The notes below the pieces were generated by a model that did no database searches, had not been told where the DNA came from, and worked only from the letters and a program-made list of their open reading frames with translations. From the human T2T-CHM13v2.0 reference genome, Homo sapiens, in NCBI RefSeq assembly GCF_009914755.1, contig NC_060938.1: a stretch of DNA of 64,000 bases; one strand, given 5' to 3'. Of the stretch, positions 56,601-64,000 are shown piece after piece (within the stretch, counting starts at the first letter, position 1; each line of letters begins with the position of its first letter). A program made the translations under genes and the position numbers.

Positions 56601-57013
56601 TTCTCAGGTTGTTTTTGATGTTTCCTAAAAGTTGCTCCAGGCAATTGCAAGTTCACACAGCTCCTGGTGCAGGTGGTCTGCTGGTTCTCTGGTTCCAGGA
56701 GCAGGCCTCTCCCAGGCTTCTGTCACCTGCATTTGCTGGCTGGTGTCCACCAGGAAGAGCAAAGTCGTAGAGTGGGGAGGAGACATGGGAGTGGGTTCTG
56801 ACCTCTCTCTGTCCCCACCAATGGACTCTCTTCCACGACTCAGTCTCCACTCACTGCCTGTGAGGTCTGAACATCCTGTCCTCTGCCTTGAATGTCAGAT
56901 CATGGTAACCCTGGGCTTTTGCTCTCCTTGGCCATTCTGCAGGTTTTAATACTGTAGATAGTGTCCTCCTGAATAAACAAATTCTCTCTTCTGATTCTCC
57001 TCTGCTTCTGCTG

Positions 57014-57316
57014 CTTTTTTTTTTTTTTTTTTTGAGACAGGTTCTTGCTGTATCACCCAGGCTGGAATGCAGTGGCACGATCATAGCTCACTGCAGCCTT
57101 GACCTCCCAGGCTCAAGTGATCCTCCTATCTCAGCCTCTTGAGTAGTTGGGACTACAGGCGCATACCACCAAGCCTGACTAATTTTTGTATTATTTTGTA
57201 GAGATGGGGTTTTGCCGTGTTGCCCAGGCTGGTCTCAAACCCCTGGGCTCAAGAGATCTGCCTGCCTCGGCCTCCCAAAGTGCTAGGATTACAGGAGTAA
57301 GCCACGGTGCCCAGCC
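57014..57316 (-). mobile_element. AluJ
   Basis: atcatagctcactgcagccttgacctccc. Confidence 0.92.
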
Positions 57317-58289
57317 TCCTTTGCTTCATCATTTCTCATCTCCTCACCTGGCTTCTCCTCCACCTGCTCCTTACGTGAAAGTGTTTCCCTGCATTCCAAC
57401 CTGGAGCCTCTTTCTCTTGCCCAGTGGTTCTCCATGCTGGCTGTCCACTGGAGTCATCTCTGGACTTGAAAACACACAGACACAGAAACATTTGTTGACT
57501 TCCGATGGCCTCACTGGGTGACCTGAGGTGACCTGTCTCATATTTCTAACATCATCACACAGGAATGTCCCTTCTCCCTCTTTATCTTGCATGACTCTGT
57601 GCCTGTCCTCCTGCTACTCCCTCTGCTTCAAACAACTTCCCCAGTTCTCTGTCTTGCAGAGGAGAGCCCATACTTCCTTCAAGGCCTTCCCAGACCCGCA
57701 GGCCAGAATGAATCACCTGCCTCTGGTTTTTATGATCTTTTGTTTGTAAGCTTGCTTCTATTGTTATTTGGTAATCATTCATTTGGAATGTTCTTGAACA
57801 AACTCAATCTGAAATATTCTCACCTGTGGCCCCCACCAAACATGGGTACCAATCTGGGGATGTCTAAACTCATCTCTCATACTGGCCTTTGAAACCTAGA
57901 AGCAACACAAAGGTTTTTTTTCACACACTGATTCATTCAACAAACATGTACTGAGGGCCTACTCTGTCCCAAGCATCATGCCAAGTGCTGGCTGCAGAGA
58001 TAGAGGGAGCTAAGTGTCCCCCAATTCTGGGAGGAGGTGAACTCGGGGGCTGCAGGAGCCCAGAGAAGGGGCACCCAACCATCTCAGCAGTCAAGGAAGA
58101 CATGGACTCAAGCCAAGCCTTAAAGAATGAAGGGTGTCAAGGGTGATGAAGGGGAGTCACGCACACAGACATACATTTAAATCACAGCAAACATTTTGTG
58201 ATTTAAAAGGAGGCAATGAATAACTAGGAAAAAGTATGATATAGAGATTATGAAAGAATTCCAAGTAGCTCAAACCGGAAACTTCATGG

Positions 58290-58755
58290 GGGCTACGGTG
58301 GGCTGAATAACGCGCCCCAGAAATGTCCACATCCTAATCCTCAGAAGCTGTGACTATGTTTTCTTACATGGCAGAAGGGAATTTGCAGGTGCGATTAAGT
58401 GAAGGATGTTGAGATGGGGAGATAATTTTGGATTATATGGGTAGGTTCAAGGTCATCACACGGTGCTTATAAGAGGTGGCCAGGAGGGTCAGAGAGAGGA
58501 GATGAGCTGATGGAAGCAGAGGTCAGAATAATGTGGGGTCCATGAGCCAAGGAATGCAGGAAGCTTCTAGAAGCTGGGAAAGGCAGAAAATGGATTCTCT
58601 CCAAGTCTCCAGAAGGAAAGCACCCCTGCTGACACCTTGATTTTAGCCCAGGGAAACCCAATTTTGGATTTTTGACCTTCCGAGCTGTAAGATTATAAAT
58701 GTGTGATGTTTTAAGCCACTAAATTTATGGTGATTGTTAGATCAGCCATAGGACA
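58290..58755 (+). mobile_element. MLT1D-like LTR
   Basis: gggctgaataacgcgcccc...gagccaaggaatgcagg...ttttaagccactaaatttatgg. Confidence 0.82.
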
Positions 58756-60124
58756 TAGCACAGGGCCCAGGAGTGAGAGCGGGAAGAGAGAGATGCAGGT
58801 GAGGGTATGTCTGAGAGTGGGAGGGCCTTGAGGGGCAGCTAGTGGGGAGCCACTGAAGGCGGCTTCCCAGAGCAGCAGCTGCTCTGGATTCCAGTTTCTG
58901 AAGGGCCACCCGATTCAGGGTGGAGGATGGCTGGGATGAGGGAATGGTAACAAGACCAGAACAACAGCCATCAGCCAGGAGCTCAGAAATGAGGTGAGGC
59001 CGTTTGCGGAGAGGAGAGGTCGTCTCAGGGCAGATGGTCAGTGTTTGCAGGGTGACTTGTAGGTGCATGTGGAGGTGCTGTCACCCACAGAATTTGGGAA
59101 CTGATTATTGAGAGAAGGGGGAGAGAGGAGGAGAGCAAAGCTCCCAGCCCTCTGACAGGGAAGCCCAGGGGAGGAGCAGGTTTGGGGCATGGGAGATGAT
59201 GAGTCCCATTTGGAAACGTGGCATCTGGCAAGTCTTTGGGATTTGGGCTGCGTGATTTGGCCTCTCAGAGACCCTCATCTCATCCCCTGCAAAACTAGGA
59301 TGGTGAACCTCCTGCAAAGGGTTGTTGAGCCCATTATATGAGATAATGCGTCCCTGTCACCTGGCCTGGTGCCTCCAACTTAGCCAACACCTATGCATGG
59401 CCGCCACGATGGCAGGCAGAACACAGACACCGTGCAACAAAGAGGAACTGCTCCCCTCAAAGCTTCCACTCTTGTTCCCTTGCTGCCTTCTCTCCAGAAG
59501 GCTGGTCTCCCCAGGGTGAAGGAGGGCATGATCTGGACCTCTTAAAATTTGAACACTGGGCTTGGGCGTGAAGGGGATTCTGGAGCCTCGTGAGTGCCTC
59601 AAGCCTGGGCGCCTGGGATGAAGGTTTCTCCTACAATGTGGGAGACAGCTGCCCACCTTGAGGCTTGGCCCTGGGGCTTGGGGATGGAAGAGGAGATGGG
59701 ATGGGAGCCTCTCAAACTGCCTTCTCCGGGATTTCAGCTGTGGAAGGAAGAGTGTGTGAGAGAAAAGCTGTGGGAAGCAAAGGGGGCCTAGAGCTCTTGC
59801 CATGCTCCCCCTTGGGCCTCTGGAAGAAGCACTGGGCATGGTGGTCAAAGCCAGCTGGGCTGGCCCACAGAGTCCAAGGGAGGGCAGCATGGCCGGGCAT
59901 GCAGGGAGCCAGCTTCCCATGTGTGGTGCTGCTGACCTGCAAGCAGGGGCTGACTTGGGCCTTCTGGGCCAGAGAGCTGGATGTGGCAGAGGGGTCTTCG
60001 GGTCCAGTGAGTTGCTGGAGGCTGAGCTGACACAGTGCAGCCACTGGGCTGTGACCAAGCTGGGACTGGACTTCTTGTGCAACCCCTCAGGCTGGAGCAA
60101 ACTAAAATAGTCAGTCATCCCAGG

Positions 60125-60320
60125 CCAGGGCCGTCTTCTTGGGGATGTTACCCATGCAGTTGCACAGAGCTTGTGCTTAGAGGGGGCCCACACTTAGAAG
60201 TGTCCTGCACTAGGCTTAATGCTCTGCTGTTGCAGTCTGTAATTCTTGAAATCTGTACCTTTTTTTTCAGGAGGGGGTGAGTGTTTTTATTTTGCACCGG
60301 GTCCCAAACATTTCGTAGCA
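60125..60320. mobile_element. MER91-like hAT MITE (similar fragment at ~55340-55492)
   Basis: cagggccg...gcagttgcacag...gggccccacac...ttttgcaccgggtccc. Confidence 0.5.
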
Positions 60321-61357
60321 CATCTTCCCGTAGGCCAAGGTCACCCATGAGGACCACACCCTGCATGTCAGAATCTGCAGCTTCTGTCAACGAGACCCTT
60401 GGGCAGTGGGGACATTGAGTCTCCCTATCTGGTCCTTGTCCAAGGCTTCACTAATTAGCGGCAGCTGAATTGAACCCAAACTTCTCCAAACATGCCTCTT
60501 GGCACCCCTGTCAGGGGTAGGGCACCAGGCAGAAGTCACTGAAGAGCCCACCCAACTAGACATCTGTTCTACTCTTATAAAAATCAATAAAGGAAAAAAA
60601 TTAAAAATAAATCAATAAAGGGAAACTGACATGTGTCATGAACTTACAATGTGACAGACACTGTTAGCCACTTTCCATATACTCCTCACAAGCAGCCATG
60701 GAGTAGGTATACCTCTACCCATCTTCCAGAAGAGAACACTTGGGCCCAGAGAGGGTAAGAAGAAACTTGCCTAAGGTCACACAGCCAGCAAGTGGGGCTG
60801 AGACAGGAACCTGGGCTTGTGGTTCCAAAGCAGCCAGAGCTTCTGCCCCTCCCTGCCCCACCCCGGCACCCAGCCAACCTCAACAGCTCTTTAAGGAAGC
60901 GAGTCCCCATTTGGGAGTGTTCTTACCTGAAGTCCCAGAAGCCTCCTGCTGAGTGCACACCTGTCTGCAGACTGCCACCTGGGATGACAGCAGAAGCCCA
61001 GGCTGGGACTGTGGCTGAGAAGACCAGTGTGGGATCAGATTTCCCCTCAAACTGACTGGCTTGTTGCCACACCATAATTTCAAATGAACCACCCTGGTTT
61101 ATTACACTGAAACACACTTGAGAACACATTTGATTTTCAGAGGAAGTAAATATCCCCAAAAAGGAGAAGCGAAACAAAAACAAATCACATCCTTACCCCC
61201 AAGTAGTTATGGAACATCTTTTTTGCTAAGCACACTATACAAGGAAGTGTCAGAGGCAGTCCTGGTCCTCCAAGCAAAAGACAGGCGAGCAGGATTAGCA
61301 ATGATTAGCAATTGCAGCACCTCTCAATAGTGGGCACTTAAGTTTTCCTAGGCGGTG

Positions 61358-63303
61358 CAGGCATACCTCGGAGACATTGCAGGTTCGTTGGTGGTTCAGT
61401 TCCAGACCAATTCAATACAGCGAATATCACTTTATTGTGCAAGTCATATGTATTTTTTTGGTTTCCCAGTACATATAAAAGTTATATTTATACTGTAGTC
61501 TACTAAGTGTGCAATAGCAGTATATCTATTATGAGAAACCAATGTGCATACCTAAATTAAAATATGCTTTATTGCCAAAAAATGCTGAAAATCATCTGAG
61601 CCTTTTTGCTGGTAGAGGGTCTTGCCTTGATGTTGATGGCTGCTAATAGATCAGGGTGGTGGTTGCTAAAGGTCAGAACGGCTATGGCAATTTCCTAAAA
61701 TGAGACAAGAATAACGTTTGCTGCATCGAAGGACTCTTCCTTTCGTAAAAGATTTCTCTGTAGCGTGCAATGCTGCTTGATAGCATTTTACCCACTGTAG
61801 AACTTGTGTCAAAATTAGAGTCCATTCTCTCAAACCCAGCTGCTGCTTTATCAACTAAGTTTACGGAATATTACAAATCTTTTGTTGTCATTTCAACAAT
61901 GTTTACAGTGTCTTCACCGGGAGTAGATTCTATCTCAAGAAACCACTTTCTTTGCTCATCCATAAGAAGCAACTCCTCATCCATTCATTTTATGAGATTG
62001 CAGCAATTCGGTCACATCCTCAGGATGCCCATGGAATTCTAGTTCTCTTGCTATTCCCACATCTGCAATGACTTCCTCCACTGAAGTCCTGAACCCCTCA
62101 AAGTCATCTACTAGGGTTGGTATCAACTTCTTTCATACTCCTGTTAGTACTGATATTTTGACCTTCTCCCATGAATCACAAATGTTCTTAATGGCATCTA
62201 GAATGGTGAGTCCTTTCCAGAAGGTTTTCAATTTACTTTGCCCAGATCCATCAGAGGAATCACTATATGTGGCAGCAATAGCCTTAGAAAATGTATTTCT
62301 TAAATTATAAGACTTGAAAGTCTAAATTATTCCTTGGCCCATGGGCTGCAGAATGAATGTTGGTGTTAGCAGGCATGAAAACAATGTTAATCTCCTTGTA
62401 CATCTTCATCAGAGCTCATAGGTGATCAGGTGCATTGTCATTGAGCAGTCATATTTTGAGAAGAATCATTTTTTCTCTGCAGTAGGTCTCAACAGTGGGT
62501 TTAAATTTTCAGTAAACCAGATGTGCTCTTTACTGTAAACCAGTAAACAGATGTGCTGTCATTCAAGCCTTGTTATTTCATTTATAGAAATAATGAAATG
62601 TTATTTCATTTATAGAAATAGTGAAATGTTATTTCATTTATAGAAATAGTGAAATGTTATTTCATTTATAGGAAGAGTTGATTTAGCATGATTCTTAAGA
62701 GCCTGAGGATTTTCAAAATGGTAAATGAGCATTGGCTTCAACTTAAAGTCACCAGTTGCATTAGCCCTTAACAAGAGAGTTCAGCCTGTCCTCTGAAGCT
62801 TAGAAACCAGGTATTGACTCCTCCTCTCCAGCTGTGAAAGCCGTAGGTAGCATTTTCTTCCACTAGAAAGCTGTTGTGTCTCCACTGAAAATCTGTTGTT
62901 TAGTGTAGCCGCCTTCCTCAGTGATCTTAGCTAGATCTTCTGGATAACTTGCTGCAACTTCTGTATCAGCACGTGCTCCTTCACCTTGTACTTTATTTTT
63001 TATTTTTATTTTTTTAAATACCCCTTGGTGATCTGCACACCTTGTACTTTTATGTTATAGGATGACTTCTTTCCTTAAACCTCATGAACTAACCTCTGCT
63101 AGCATCAAACTTCTCTTCTGCAGCTTCCTCACCTCTCTCAGGCTTCAGAGAATAGAAGAGAGTTAAGACCTTGCTCTGACTAGGCTTTGGCTGAAGGGAC
63201 TGTTATGGCTGGTTTGTTCTTCTATCCAGACCACTCAAACTTTTTCCAACTTAGCAATAAGACTGTTTTTCTTTCTTATCATTTGTGTGTTCCCTGAAGT
63301 AGC
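61358..63303 (-). mobile_element. Tigger1 DNA transposon, truncated, with degraded transposase
   Basis: TIR caggcatacctcggaga; continuous Tigger1-like sequence (ggtttcccagtacatataaaagttat, gaaagatttctctgtagc, catgggctgcagaatg). Confidence 0.88.
62571..62671. repeat. 28-bp minisatellite (~3.6 copies) inside Tigger1
   Basis: tgttatttcatttatagaaata(a/g)tgaaa repeated. Confidence 0.9.
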
Positions 63304-63865
63304 TTCCACCAGATAAGAAGCTTCCCCAATAATACAGTTTGGGGGCTGCTTGGAAAGCTGTTTGTCTTCTCAGCAACTTAGTACCCTCTCTCTGAGTTTG
63401 CCCACCCCTCACAGCCAAGATGGGTCCATGAGATTACTCCTCCTGAGAAGCGGGAACTGGGACTGTGAGGTGCTGATCAGTTTCAGTATAGCTGCAATAG
63501 AGACATGTACTCTTGGGAGTTGCAGGATGATCTCTCAGTAGAGGAGGGAAAGAGGTCTAGGACCTGCAGAGGGGGGACAATGAGGCAGAATCCCAGAGAG
63601 CCATGCTGAAGAAGGTCTCTATTGTCCCATGGGAGAGATCCCCAGCATGTCTATCTGGGCCCCCTCCCTTCCAGAACTGGGGGAATCCCTGACCACCCAT
63701 GGGGACCACAAGGCACACCTATACCTGTGTCAGATTCACCTTCCTGCCACACAGAATCTCAGAACAGGCAGAGGTAAGAGATCCAGGCAGATGCCAGGCC
63801 AGCCCCTGTGGGGCAACTCGGCTCTCAGAGGTGCTTCTTTAGCCAGTACAATGTTTAGAAATTAG

Positions 63866-64000
63866 GGCCAGGCACAGTGGCGCAGTGGCTCACATCTGTA
63901 ATCCCAGCACTTTGGGAGGCAGAGGCAGGTCGATCACCTGAGGTCAGGAGTTTGAGACCATCCTAGCCAAGATAGTGAAACCCCGTCTCTACTAAAAATA
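63866..64000 (+). mobile_element. Alu (left arm, window edge)
   Basis: ggccaggcacagtggcgcagtggctcac...gatcacctgaggtcaggag. Confidence 0.92.

Noticed and set aside
59357-60193. 278-aa minus-strand ORF, and other long ORFs such as 11713..12441, 5231..5893 and 55896..56516
   Set aside because: No recognisable domains or splice structure; expected by chance in GC-rich noncoding DNA
61358-63303. Functional or domesticated Tigger transposase
   Set aside because: Only short broken ORFs; element truncated and interrupted by repeats

Overview
Human (primate) genomic DNA containing the 3' part of SLC24A4 (NCKX4, K+-dependent Na+/Ca2+ exchanger; chr14q32 SLC24A4/RIN3 region by recall) on the + strand. 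Nine coding exons can be spliced in frame from WEGLVLIILY to the C-terminal PMCREDD*. They are exons 9-17, counting back from the last exon and assuming the recalled 17-exon structure. A ~7.85 kb 3' UTR ends near 55075, followed by intergenic DNA. The rest is typical TE-rich sequence (Alu including a young AluYb8, L1, L2, MIR, MLT1/ERV LTRs, Tigger1, MER5/MER91, microsatellites); TE boundaries are approximate and subfamilies were assigned by eye. No prokaryotic-type systems are present. The most unusual signal is a set of locally templated copy events. (i) A ~98%-identical 350 bp copy of the gene's own distal 3' UTR, with an AATAAA and a Pumilio element, sits in an MLT1 LTR in intron 14 with no TSD or poly(A) tail. 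(ii) An older ~390 bp local copy sits in an L1. (iii) There are small DUP-INV-DUP and fold-back tandem signatures and a chimeric tandem Alu. There is also a candidate frame-preserving 45-nt cassette exon in the cytoplasmic-loop intron.
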